From Verrucomicrobiota bacterium (GTDB lineage: Bacteria; Verrucomicrobiota; Verrucomicrobiia; Limisphaerales; AAA164-E04), in assembly GCA_047947115.1 (NCBI GenBank), contig CP170459.1:2752001-2816000 (forward strand): a DNA stretch of 64,000 nt. The letters are read 5' to 3'. The notes below the pieces were generated by a model. That model had not been told where the DNA came from. It searched no databases and was given only the letters and a program-made list of their open reading frames with translations. The position numbers were made by a program, and so were the translations under genes. The stretch's first letter is position 1, and every line of letters starts with the position of its first letter. Positions 55,107-64,000 of the stretch are shown here, piece after piece.

Positions 55107-58100
55107 ATGTTTAAAAACCTAAAAACCATGTGCATTGCCCTCCTGCTGGGGGCATTCGGTGGCATCGCTCAAGCTCAGCTGAGCGACGTCACTCAGCCAG
55201 GCGACACGATAGTCGCTACATCGGACAACAGTCCGGGATCGGAAGGCGTTACCAACGCCATTGATAACGCAGATACGAAGTACTTGAACTTCGATATCAG
55301 CAACACCGGGTTCACCGTGACTCCTTCTGTTGGGATGACCATCGTGAGCGGCTTAACTCTGACTTCGGCCAACGACGCCGATGATCGTGATCCAGTCGAT
55401 TACTTGTTGGAAGGTTCTTATGACGGTGTCAACTTCGTTGAGATCTCTTCAGGTGATGTGGCGGATTTTCCGACACGTTTCCACAAGAACTACATCTTCT
55501 TCGACAACTCCACGCCATACCTCTCCTACCGTCTGATCTTCCCCAATACGGCTGGTCCCAGCACCTGCTGTATGCAGATCGCGGAAGTGGAATTTCTCGG
55601 CGTTCAAGCTCCTGGAGATGTGACCCAGCCTGGCGACGCCATCGTTGCCACCTCGGACAACAGCCCCGGTTCTGAAGGTGTTACCAACGCGATTGACAAT
55701 GCTGACACGAAGTATCTGAACTTCGACATCAGCAACACCGGATTCACCGTGACTCCTTCCGTTGGGATGACAGTCGTCAATGGTTTGTCTTTGAAATCGG
55801 CCAACGACGCCGACGATCGCGACCCTGTCAACTACACCTTGGAAGGTTCTTATGACGGTGTGAACTTCACAGAAATCTCCTCAGGCGATGTGGCAGATTT
55901 CCCAACTCGTTTCCACACCAACTACATCTTCTTCGATAACTCAACTCCTTATCTGACTTATCGATTGATCTTCCCTGATACCGCCGGTCCCAGCACCTGC
56001 TGTATGCAGATCGCAGAAATTGAGTTGTTCGGTAGCCAGGCTCCCGGAGACGTCACCCAACCTGGTGACACCATCACCGCCACCTCCGACAACAGTCCTG
56101 GATCTGAAGGCGTAACCAATGCGATCGACAATGCGGATACCAAGTATCTGAACTTTGATATCGCCAATACCGGTTTCACCGTGTTCCCATCGGTTGGTTT
56201 GACCATTGTGAATGGTATTTCATTGAAATCCGCCAATGATGCTGATGATCGTGACCCGGTCAACTACGTCCTGGAAGGAACTTATGACGGAACCAACTTC
56301 ACAGAAATCTCCTCAGGCGATGTGGCAGATTTCCCAACTCGTTTCCACACCAACTACATCTTCTTCGACAACTCGATTGCCTACTCCGGTTATCGACTGA
56401 TCTTCCCTGACACAGCCGGTCCCAGCACCTGCTGTATGCAGATTGCCGAAGTGGAACTGCTCGGTGTTCAGTTGCCAGGTGACGTGACCCAGCCGGGTGA
56501 CACCATTGTGGCTACTTCGGACAACAGCCCTGGTTCCGAAGGTGTGACCAATGCGATCGACAACGCCGATACCAAGTACCTGAACTTCGACATCAGCAAT
56601 ACCGGATTCACTGTGACTCCTGGTGTTGGACTGACCGAAATCATCGGTATGTCCTTGAAGTCTGCCAATGATGCGGATGACCGTGACCCGATCAACTACA
56701 CCTTGGAAGGTTCTTATGACGGTGTGAACTTCACAGAAATCTCCTCAGGCGATGTGGCAGATTTCCCAACTCGTTTCCACACCAACTACATCTTCTTCGA
56801 TAACTCAACTCCTTATCTGACTTATCGATTGATCTTCCCTGATACCGCCGGTCCCAGCACCTGCTGTATGCAGATCGCAGAAGTTGAACTGTTCCCTCGT
56901 CCAGGTGGAAGCTGTGACGACTTCAGCAGCGTTAGCGATGGTCTGATCACTCAGCAGCCTTCCGATACTCCCGTGTTGGCCGGTGCAACTGCATCGATTA
57001 GTGTTGTTCCTTCCGGTCCTTGGGATGTTCAGTGGCTGAAGCAAGGTCCTGGCGATTCTTCTTTCGTCTTGGTGGACGGAGCTACCAGCGCAACTCTGGA
57101 AGTCAAAAATGTGACCGCCGACATGGACGGCACGATCTACCAGGCCCGCGTTTCCAACTCACAGTGCGACGCTCAATACAGTCAGCAAGTGACCTTGAGC
57201 ATCTTCACTCCCTCGGAAACCACCAGTGTTGGTTTCTCCTTCCGTGGTGGTGGCGCCAATGGTGCTCCCACAATCATGATGGCTGAGGATATTGCAGGAT
57301 TCCATCCTCAGGCTTACTGGAATAATGTAGATGGTAACACAGGTGACACTGGAGCTGGTGTCTGGAATGAAGAATCCGGAGCTTCAGATGTGCTGGCTGT
57401 TGACAGTAATAACGCTGAAACCGAAGTGGGTATCGAGTTCACCGCAAGCGGAACTTGGGGAGCTGGAACTCGCACAGCGAGTGCTACAGGTCGCATGCTG
57501 AATGGTATGCTCTCCGTCGATCCAGCGTCTCTGGATGATGCTCCAAACGAAATCGTTGTCTACAACTTGCCTGCAGGTCAGCACTCCCTCATCCTCTATA
57601 CAGTTCAAGTTCCTCTTGAATTCTACGAATTGGATGTTGAAGTCGAAGACGCCAACGGTACACAACGTCGCTACCTCCGTCCTCAAAACTCGGATGAATA
57701 CAATCCTTCTCCGAATTACGTGCTGATCACAGCAGCAGAAGAATCCGCCCGTTCTGTTGGTAACATGGTGGTCTTCAGCGGAGTGACTCCAAGCAATGGT
57801 GAAGTGACCATTCGTTTGGCTGCGCCGAGCGGTCAAGGCCAGGGACCTGGTCTCAACGGTATGCAGATCCTTCTTAACAAGGAATTCGTGCCACCTCCCG
57901 TCATCAATGCACAGCCTGTCTCCACAAACGGTGTGGATGGCAGCCCGCTGGAACTGACCGTGGCTGCAACGGGTGCCGATTCCATTCAATGGTTCAAGAA
58001 TGGCCAGCCAATCGCTGGAGCAACAGGCACTACCCTTCGTCTTGGAAGATTGGGTGCCAGTGACGCAGCCGCTTATTCGGTGACCGTTTCAAATGACGGT

Positions 58101-59090
58101 GGTAGCGTGACCAGTAAAGCTGCTGTTGTGGATGTGCTGCCTAACAAGGACATCACCAACGGTTTGGTTTCTTACTTCCCATTTGATGGAAACGCCGACA
58201 ACGCCGCCGGCGCTGCAAATGGTGAAACCAAGAACGGAGCCGGTTTCGGTTCCGGTCAGATTGGTCAAGCCCTTGAGCTGGACGGTTCCGATGACTGGGT
58301 GTTTGTTCCCAATTATCCGAAGCCTTCCAAAGCCATGACCGTTTCGACCTGGGTGTTGCCTGATGGCATCGATTGGGGTCCAGTTGTTCGTAACTGGGTG
58401 TCAGAACTGGGTGACGGCCGATTTGGTCAGTTCATCTTGGATGCTCCATATCCTTTGGATGCCTTTTCACCCAGTCTTCGTGCTGTGATCGGTGTTGGTC
58501 CGAACGAGCCGACCGCTTCATTGGATATCGCTGATTCCGAGCGCGGATCCTGGCACCACATGGCAATGACCGCCAATGGCCGTACCCTCACCCTTTACTG
58601 GGATGGTCAAGCCGTTGCCAGCCTGGACTACCTCAACAACATCAATAATCCTCCATTCCCTTGGCTGGCCATCGGTGCCGATGTTCAACTGCCTCTGGAT
58701 GGAGATGGAAATGCCGATGTAGCCGGTGAACCCGAGCTCCGTGAAGACACCTTCCCTTGGGCGGGTAGCATTGATGATCTGGCGATCTGGAACCGTAGCT
58801 TGAGTGGCGCAGAAATCTTCGCCATTTTCCAAGCTGGCGGCAACGGAACTGCCGTTTCGGATGTTGAAGGCGTGCTGGACGACAGCGAAGGTGATGTTGT
58901 TGTTGAGCCTGTTGATGCCATGATCACGGCTGTGACTGTTTCCGAAGGCAACCTCGTCATTGAATGGCAGGGTAGCGAGCTCCAGGAAGCTGACACCGTG
59001 ACAGGTCCTTACACTCCTATCAGTGGTGCGACTCCTCCTTCGACTTCCATCGTGATCGAAGGTGGCAATAAGTTCATCATCGCTCGATAA
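55107..59090 (+). CDS. Secreted protein: four tandem 144-aa discoidin/F5-8C-like domains, two Ig domains, LamG domain, short C-terminal domain
   Basis: Signal peptide ending AQA; SANDADDRDP..LEGSYDG..YRL..QIAEVE repeats; ITQQP / INAQP..QWFKNG Ig; WHHMAMT..LYWDG..IDDLAIWNRSLS LamG. Confidence 0.85.
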   Translation: MFKNLKTMCIALLLGAFGGIAQAQLSDVTQPGDTIVATSDNSPGSEGVTNAIDNADTKYLNFDISNTGFTVTPSVGMTIVSGLTLTSANDADDRDPVDYLLEGSYDGVNFVEISSGDVADFPTRFHKNYIFFDNSTPYLSYRLIFPNTAGPSTCCMQIAEVEFLGVQAPGDVTQPGDAIVATSDNSPGSEGVTNAIDNADTKYLNFDISNTGFTVTPSVGMTVVNGLSLKSANDADDRDPVNYTLEGSYDGVNFTEISSGDVADFPTRFHTNYIFFDNSTPYLTYRLIFPDTAGPSTCCMQIAEIELFGSQAPGDVTQPGDTITATSDNSPGSEGVTNAIDNADTKYLNFDIANTGFTVFPSVGLTIVNGISLKSANDADDRDPVNYVLEGTYDGTNFTEISSGDVADFPTRFHTNYIFFDNSIAYSGYRLIFPDTAGPSTCCMQIAEVELLGVQLPGDVTQPGDTIVATSDNSPGSEGVTNAIDNADTKYLNFDISNTGFTVTPGVGLTEIIGMSLKSANDADDRDPINYTLEGSYDGVNFTEISSGDVADFPTRFHTNYIFFDNSTPYLTYRLIFPDTAGPSTCCMQIAEVELFPRPGGSCDDFSSVSDGLITQQPSDTPVLAGATASISVVPSGPWDVQWLKQGPGDSSFVLVDGATSATLEVKNVTADMDGTIYQARVSNSQCDAQYSQQVTLSIFTPSETTSVGFSFRGGGANGAPTIMMAEDIAGFHPQAYWNNVDGNTGDTGAGVWNEESGASDVLAVDSNNAETEVGIEFTASGTWGAGTRTASATGRMLNGMLSVDPASLDDAPNEIVVYNLPAGQHSLILYTVQVPLEFYELDVEVEDANGTQRRYLRPQNSDEYNPSPNYVLITAAEESARSVGNMVVFSGVTPSNGEVTIRLAAPSGQGQGPGLNGMQILLNKEFVPPPVINAQPVSTNGVDGSPLELTVAATGADSIQWFKNGQPIAGATGTTLRLGRLGASDAAAYSVTVSNDGGSVTSKAAVVDVLPNKDITNGLVSYFPFDGNADNAAGAANGETKNGAGFGSGQIGQALELDGSDDWVFVPNYPKPSKAMTVSTWVLPDGIDWGPVVRNWVSELGDGRFGQFILDAPYPLDAFSPSLRAVIGVGPNEPTASLDIADSERGSWHHMAMTANGRTLTLYWDGQAVASLDYLNNINNPPFPWLAIGADVQLPLDGDGNADVAGEPELREDTFPWAGSIDDLAIWNRSLSGAEIFAIFQAGGNGTAVSDVEGVLDDSEGDVVVEPVDAMITAVTVSEGNLVIEWQGSELQEADTVTGPYTPISGATPPSTSIVIEGGNKFIIAR
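55185..56894 (+). repeat. Intragenic tandem repeat, 4 x 432 bp
   Basis: Units start at 55185, 55617, 56049 and 56481 (DVTQPGD). Confidence 0.95.
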
Positions 59091-59112
59091 GGTTTCCTAT
59101 TACTCATATCGC

Positions 59113-59148
59113 AAACGGGGGCGAGTCTTGACTCGTCCCCGTTTTTTT
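59113..59148 (+). terminator. Intrinsic terminator after the repeat-protein gene
   Basis: AAACGGGGGCGAGTC-TT-GACTCGTCCCCGTTT followed by a T-tract. Confidence 0.85.
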
Positions 59149-59170
59149 GTTTTCTGGTAAGGCAAATCTT

Positions 59171-59923
59171 ATGATCAGTCGTGCCACATTTGTCCTCTTT
59201 ACCGTCTTTTGCCTTTTCTCGTTTCCCTCCCTCAAAGCCGAATTGATATGGGAAAAGGAAGTGGCCGAACTGGAAGCTTCACACGAAACGCGGATACTGA
59301 TCCTTCGGTTCCCTTTTTCCAATACGGGAACAGATCCGGTTTTGATCACCGAAATTAAAACTTCCTGCGGATGTATTGAGCCTATGACACCCGAGTTGCC
59401 TTGGACTATCGTTCCTGGTGTCACGGAGGAGTTGGAAGTCAAAGTCAATATCCGAGGCAAAAAAGGTACGTTTCAGCAAACATTGGAAGTTCTTACATTC
59501 GATAAAACAACCGAGCTTGGCATCAAGGTGGAAATCGAAGATCCGGTCCATCGCACCATGACTCCTGAGGAGCGAAATGGAAACCTGGCTCAGTCCAAGG
59601 CTGATCGTCGGGCCATTTTCAAAGGCAATTGTATCGAATGTCATGTCAAACCCACACATAAGAAATATGGCATGACTTTATACGAATCAGCCTGTGGCAT
59701 TTGCCATGCATCCGAGCAAAGAGCGAGCGTGGTTCCCGATCTGACAGAGAAAATCAAAAATGAGAGCAAGGAGTATTGGAGGGAATGGATCACCAAAGGT
59801 AAAGAGGACGGACTGATGCCGGGGTTCGCTGCTTCCGAGGGTGGACCTCTTTCCGGTTCGCAGATTTCGACACTGGTCAACCACATCGCCCGGTTGAAAC
59901 GAGAGCAGGCGAATGAAAAGTGA
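59171..59923 (+). CDS. DUF1573 (Ig-like) domain fused to diheme cytochrome c
   Basis: Signal peptide; FPFSNTG..ITEIKTSCGC (DUF1573); CIECH and CGICH heme motifs; LMPGF axial Met. Confidence 0.82.
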   Translation: MISRATFVLFTVFCLFSFPSLKAELIWEKEVAELEASHETRILILRFPFSNTGTDPVLITEIKTSCGCIEPMTPELPWTIVPGVTEELEVKVNIRGKKGTFQQTLEVLTFDKTTELGIKVEIEDPVHRTMTPEERNGNLAQSKADRRAIFKGNCIECHVKPTHKKYGMTLYESACGICHASEQRASVVPDLTEKIKNESKEYWREWITKGKEDGLMPGFAASEGGPLSGSQISTLVNHIARLKREQANEK

Positions 59924-59959
59924 ACCCATCCTATAGTCCAGACTTCTTTCAATTGCACC

Positions 59960-62900
59960 ATGAAACGCCACTTGCTCTCCAACTTAGGCAATTTCCAGTT
60001 AAACGCTTTGTTCTCTGCGTTTGCTCTTGTCGTAATATTGCCTGTCAAAGCGCAAACGCTTGGTGTTTCCAGCAAGAAGCTGGAAGTCCCGACCGGTGGG
60101 GAAACAGGTTTTGAACGCGTCGATCCGGAACCAAGCGGCATAACGTTTATTAATACACTCGGAGAATTGACCGGCGCTTCCAATCGGGTCTTGTTCAATG
60201 GAGCGGGTGTGGCAGTGGGGGATGTGGATGGGGATTCGATGCCCGATATTTTTTTCTGTGGTCTGGATTCTGAAAATCATCTTTACCGGAATCTGGGGAA
60301 CTGGAAGTTTCAACGCATGCGCATCCCATCGACGGTGGCGCTTCCCGGACACCCAACTCGAGGTGCCGTGTTTGCCGACATTAATGCGGATGGATCCCCT
60401 GATCTTTTATTGACCACGGTCGGTGGAGGGTGCCGTGTGTTTTTGAATCATGGGGAGGGGAACTTTAAACCAGTTGCTGGCAATGCCGGCATCCGGCCCG
60501 AAGGGGGGGCGAGTTCCATTGCTCTGGCCGATGTGGATGGCAATGGTTCATTGGATTTATACGTGGCAAACAACCGTACTGATGACATTCGTGATTACGG
60601 GCGTGTCAACATGCGTCGGGTCAATGGCAAGATCGTTCCACCCGATGATTTGAAGGATCGCCTGCTGGTGCATAAAGGGCAGCTCCACGAATACGGTGAA
60701 CCCGATTACTTATATCTGAACGACGGCAAGGGATCATTCACTGAAGCCTCCTGGAAGGATGGAAGGTTTCGCATGGAAGGCAAGCCGTTGACGGACATTC
60801 CTCGTGATTGGGGATTGAGTGTGACATTCAGGGATCTGAATGGTGATCTCGCTCCCGACCTTTACGTTTGCAACGACTACTGGACTCCGGATCGGATTTG
60901 GATCAATGATGGCAAGGGAGGTTTTGATGAACTGGGAGCTCAAAAACTTTCGGTGACTTCCTCCAGTTCGATGGGGGTGGATGTTGCGGATGTCAATCTG
61001 GACGGGCATCTGGATCTGTTTGTTGTGGACATGCTCAGCCGGCATCATCGCTTGCGCAAACGGCAACAGCCTGCCTTCAATCCACTCTTTGAAGAACCAT
61101 CTTTCAGCGGAGTCAGGACACAGGTCATGCACAATACTTTGTTGATGCAACAAGCGGACGGTTCCTTCATTGAAAACGCTTTTGCAGCCGGACTTCCGGC
61201 ATCGGACTGGGCGTGGTGTCCTGTTTTCTTGGATGTGGATCTGGATGGAGATGCGGATTTGTTGGTTTCTTCGGGGTATCCCCACGACGTGCAGGATTTG
61301 GATGCCGTTCAGGAGATTGCCAAACGACAGCATTCCTGGGAGCGGTTCAAAGATCCGGTTGCTTTAAAGAAAGCCTTTGCCAAGGAGTTGATGGAGAATT
61401 ACCGGCTCTATCCCAAACTAGATATGCCATTGATTGCATTTGAGAATCAGGGGAATGGCACTTTCAGAGAAGCGACCCAAACTTGGGGAACCCATCATCC
61501 GGGAGTGCATCAGGGTTTTGCCACGGGAGATCTGGATGGCGATGGTGATCAGGATCTGGTGGTCAATAACCTCAATGCGCCTGTTTTACTCTACAGGAAT
61601 CAAACTGCAGCACCTCGTGTGAAAGTTCATCTGACTGGTGCCGGGTCCAATACCCAGGCAATCGGTGCGCGGGTGGTGCTTCAATCAGCCACCATGCCTG
61701 ATCAACAACAGGAGATCATCGCTGGTGGACGTTATGTCTCGGGAGGGGACGTTGCACTGACATTCGCGGTTCCCGCCAGGGGCAGCCATTGGCAAATGCA
61801 GGTTCATTGGCGAGACGGAAGCCTCACGACCCTTCCGGGGATTCAGGTCAATCATGCTTACGATATCCGTCAGTCGGAAGTCGTCACCCAGAAACCCATC
61901 GATGACACCGATCCGGTCGAACCCATGTTCAAGTACGTGGGGGATCCGGGTAGCGAAATCTTTGTTCCCGGCATGTTGCCTGATCCGATGATGCGTCAAC
62001 CGTTGCTTCCGCTCCAGGCAAAGCCGCGAGGAGGCGCTTCCGCCTTTTCGGATATTGACCAGGATGGGGAACCTGAATGGATGACTGGGAGCGAGCGGGG
62101 TGTTCCTCTTAAACAAATGGAATGGACAGCCGACATGGTTTGGAAGGAGATGGGGCAATCGGCTCCTTCACCCGCGACCGTCACTGGATTGTTGGAAATT
62201 CAAAAGGGAAAGTGGTTGGTGAGTTATGATGCAAAACCGGCTGCAGGAGAGGGGACGCTTCATGTTCGCGACGGAATTCAAAAGGGTTTTGCGTCCGTGG
62301 GCCAAAGTCCCGACGCCACAACCACACTCGCCATGGGGCCATTGAATGGCCGTGGAGCATTATCGGTTTTTGCGGGTGGTGGGGCAAAGTCCGGCCATTA
62401 CCCTCAGGCGCATGCTTCCATGCTCTACGACGTTTCCGGGAGCACCTTGCAACGAGACACAAAGAACGGTGTCTTGTTGGAATCCCTGGGATTGGTGCAT
62501 GATGCGGTGTGGAGCGATTTGAATCAGGATGGCTATCCTGAATTGATCGTGGCATCAGCCTGGAGTCCGATACGAGTGTTTGAAAATCGTCGGGGAAGTT
62601 TGTTTGATGTTACGGAAGCCTGGGGGTTCGGTGAACAACGAGGTTATTGGCTTTCGGTGACGACTGTTGATTTGGACGGGGATGGAATGCTGGATGTGGT
62701 TGCTGGAAATCTTGGGCATAATTCATCTTGGACGGCCACTCAGAAACAGCCTTTCAAATTGATCTATGGAACGTTTTCAAATCCAAACGTCACCGACCTA
62801 ATCGAAACGGTTTATCATTCCGATGGCACACTGGCTCCACTTCGATTGATTGGCGAGATTGGGAATTTCCTTCCCTTTTTCTATCAACAGATCCGTGACC

Positions 62901-63628
62901 ACCTGGCCTACAGCGAAGCTTCCCTGGACACGCTCTTGGGCAACCGCAAGGGACTGTCAAAAGTGGTTCAAGCAAACACGTTTTCCAGCATGGCTTTTAT
63001 CAATCGTGGTGACAAAGGGTTTGAACCCGTCGAACTTCCCGAGACAATGCAGTGGGGGGCTGTGACCGAATTATCGGTTGGAGACATCAATGGTGATGGC
63101 GCGCCCGACATAGCCTACGTGCAGAATCAACTTTGGACCCGACCTGGATTCGGTACTTTGTTTGATCCTCGAGCGGGAGTACTGCTTGGGCAGGGGACGG
63201 GCGGTCTGGTTCGGGCAAATCCAGTTTCTTTGGGTGTGGACATAATGGCTTCCGTGGATGGTCTGCGTATTGCCGATGTTACTTTGGATGGTCGTCACGA
63301 TTTAATGGTTAAGCGTCGGGAAGGTGCGTGGGAACTGCATGCCAATCATCGAGGAAAGCCAGGGCTGAAAGTGATCGTGAACGGTCCTGCGCACAACCCC
63401 GGAGCACTGGGTGCGCAAATTCGAACCTTCGACGCATCCGGGAACATGAGCGCCTGTCATGAGATGCGCGAAGACACCAGCATGCCATTCAAACAGGGAC
63501 GTCAGTTGCTAATTCACTCGACCCATCAACCCAGCGGCGTTTTGATCCGCTGGCCCGGGGGTGAGGAGCGGCGCTATGATCTGGCTCCGGGCGCTTTGGA
63601 ATTTAAAATAGTGAATGGTGAATGGTGA
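59960..63628 (+). CDS. Large VCBS/FG-GAP repeat protein with internal ASPIC/UnbV domain
   Basis: GVAVGDVDGD, SMGVDVADVNLDG, GDLDGDGDQDLVVNN, AIGARV..W, then a second FG-GAP region. Confidence 0.88.
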   Translation: MKRHLLSNLGNFQLNALFSAFALVVILPVKAQTLGVSSKKLEVPTGGETGFERVDPEPSGITFINTLGELTGASNRVLFNGAGVAVGDVDGDSMPDIFFCGLDSENHLYRNLGNWKFQRMRIPSTVALPGHPTRGAVFADINADGSPDLLLTTVGGGCRVFLNHGEGNFKPVAGNAGIRPEGGASSIALADVDGNGSLDLYVANNRTDDIRDYGRVNMRRVNGKIVPPDDLKDRLLVHKGQLHEYGEPDYLYLNDGKGSFTEASWKDGRFRMEGKPLTDIPRDWGLSVTFRDLNGDLAPDLYVCNDYWTPDRIWINDGKGGFDELGAQKLSVTSSSSMGVDVADVNLDGHLDLFVVDMLSRHHRLRKRQQPAFNPLFEEPSFSGVRTQVMHNTLLMQQADGSFIENAFAAGLPASDWAWCPVFLDVDLDGDADLLVSSGYPHDVQDLDAVQEIAKRQHSWERFKDPVALKKAFAKELMENYRLYPKLDMPLIAFENQGNGTFREATQTWGTHHPGVHQGFATGDLDGDGDQDLVVNNLNAPVLLYRNQTAAPRVKVHLTGAGSNTQAIGARVVLQSATMPDQQQEIIAGGRYVSGGDVALTFAVPARGSHWQMQVHWRDGSLTTLPGIQVNHAYDIRQSEVVTQKPIDDTDPVEPMFKYVGDPGSEIFVPGMLPDPMMRQPLLPLQAKPRGGASAFSDIDQDGEPEWMTGSERGVPLKQMEWTADMVWKEMGQSAPSPATVTGLLEIQKGKWLVSYDAKPAAGEGTLHVRDGIQKGFASVGQSPDATTTLAMGPLNGRGALSVFAGGGAKSGHYPQAHASMLYDVSGSTLQRDTKNGVLLESLGLVHDAVWSDLNQDGYPELIVASAWSPIRVFENRRGSLFDVTEAWGFGEQRGYWLSVTTVDLDGDGMLDVVAGNLGHNSSWTATQKQPFKLIYGTFSNPNVTDLIETVYHSDGTLAPLRLIGEIGNFLPFFYQQIRDHLAYSEASLDTLLGNRKGLSKVVQANTFSSMAFINRGDKGFEPVELPETMQWGAVTELSVGDINGDGAPDIAYVQNQLWTRPGFGTLFDPRAGVLLGQGTGGLVRANPVSLGVDIMASVDGLRIADVTLDGRHDLMVKRREGAWELHANHRGKPGLKVIVNGPAHNPGALGAQIRTFDASGNMSACHEMREDTSMPFKQGRQLLIHSTHQPSGVLIRWPGGEERRYDLAPGALEFKIVNGEW

Positions 63629-63637
63629 ATGGTGAAT
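63599..63637 (+). repeat. Heptamer array overlapping the VCBS gene stop codon
   Basis: GAATTTA AAATAGT GAATGGT GAATGGT GAATGGT GAAT. Confidence 0.9.
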
Positions 63638-63638
63638 T

Positions 63639-63831
63639 GTCCCCGGTCCGCACCTTGTGGCTTTCTTGCTCAAAAATGCCATCCAAAGGAAACCCTGATG
63701 TGGAGTTATCGCGCAAGCCATATCGACGGGCTTTGAAGCAACTGGCTTTCGAGAACCACAGGCTTCCCAAAACGGAAGTTGATGGTGAATTGTAAGCTAC
63801 AAGGGACGCGCCGGGGACGGCACGAACTACC
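63639..63831. mobile_element. REP-doublet element, copy B (left end truncated)
   Basis: GTCCCCGGTCCGCACCTTGTGGCTT ... AAGCTACAAGGGACGCGCCGGGGACGGCACGAACTACC. Confidence 0.75.
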
Positions 63832-63845
63832 CAGAGAGTACTGCA

Positions 63846-64000
63846 GGTAGAGCTGACCGTCCCGGTCCGCACCTTGTGGCTTTCCTGTTCAAATATGCCA
63901 TCCAAAGGAAACCCTGATGTGGAGTTCTCGCGCAAGCCATATCGACGTGCTTCGAAATTGGCAGGTTATCGAGAATCGTAGGCTTCCCAAAACGGAAGTT
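63846..64000. mobile_element. REP-doublet element, copy C (runs off the window end)
   Basis: GGTAGAGCTGACCGTCCCGGTCCGCACCTTGTGGCTT..., 14 nt after copy B and in the same orientation. Confidence 0.75.

Noticed and set aside
63639..64000. CRISPR array
   Set aside because: Units are ~200 nt with conserved interiors, not short repeats with unique spacers; no cas genes in the window.

Overview
Bacterial chromosomal segment, most consistent with a free-living Verrucomicrobiota/PVC-group organism (inferred from the PSD1/DUF1501 pair, CotH-LTD protein, short ATP synthase delta and ASPIC/UnbV proteins). Housekeeping genes are parE/parC-type topoisomerase, prfB with its +1 frameshift, trpC, metY/metX, purC, eda, tRNA-Gly(GCC), hisI, atpBEFHAG (no atpD/atpC) and shc/hpnG. 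They are interleaved with large secreted multidomain proteins. The most notable structures are: (i) a vapBC cassette bracketed by an 81-bp duplication of the neighbouring gene's 3' end, with no integrase; (ii) GAATGGT-type heptamer arrays at gene 3' ends that supply the stop codons of unrelated genes and flank a ~200-230 bp GTAG-REP doublet element present three times; (iii) a shared short C-terminal domain on unrelated secreted proteins, a candidate sorting signal; (iv) a ~14-kb cluster of three ASPIC/UnbV FG-GAP proteins, a TPR protein, a protein with 4 x 144-aa discoidin-like repeats and a DUF1573-diheme cytochrome c; (v) an O-methyltransferase collapsed by an in-frame internal deletion. 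All protein calls come from motif recognition by eye; no searches were run.
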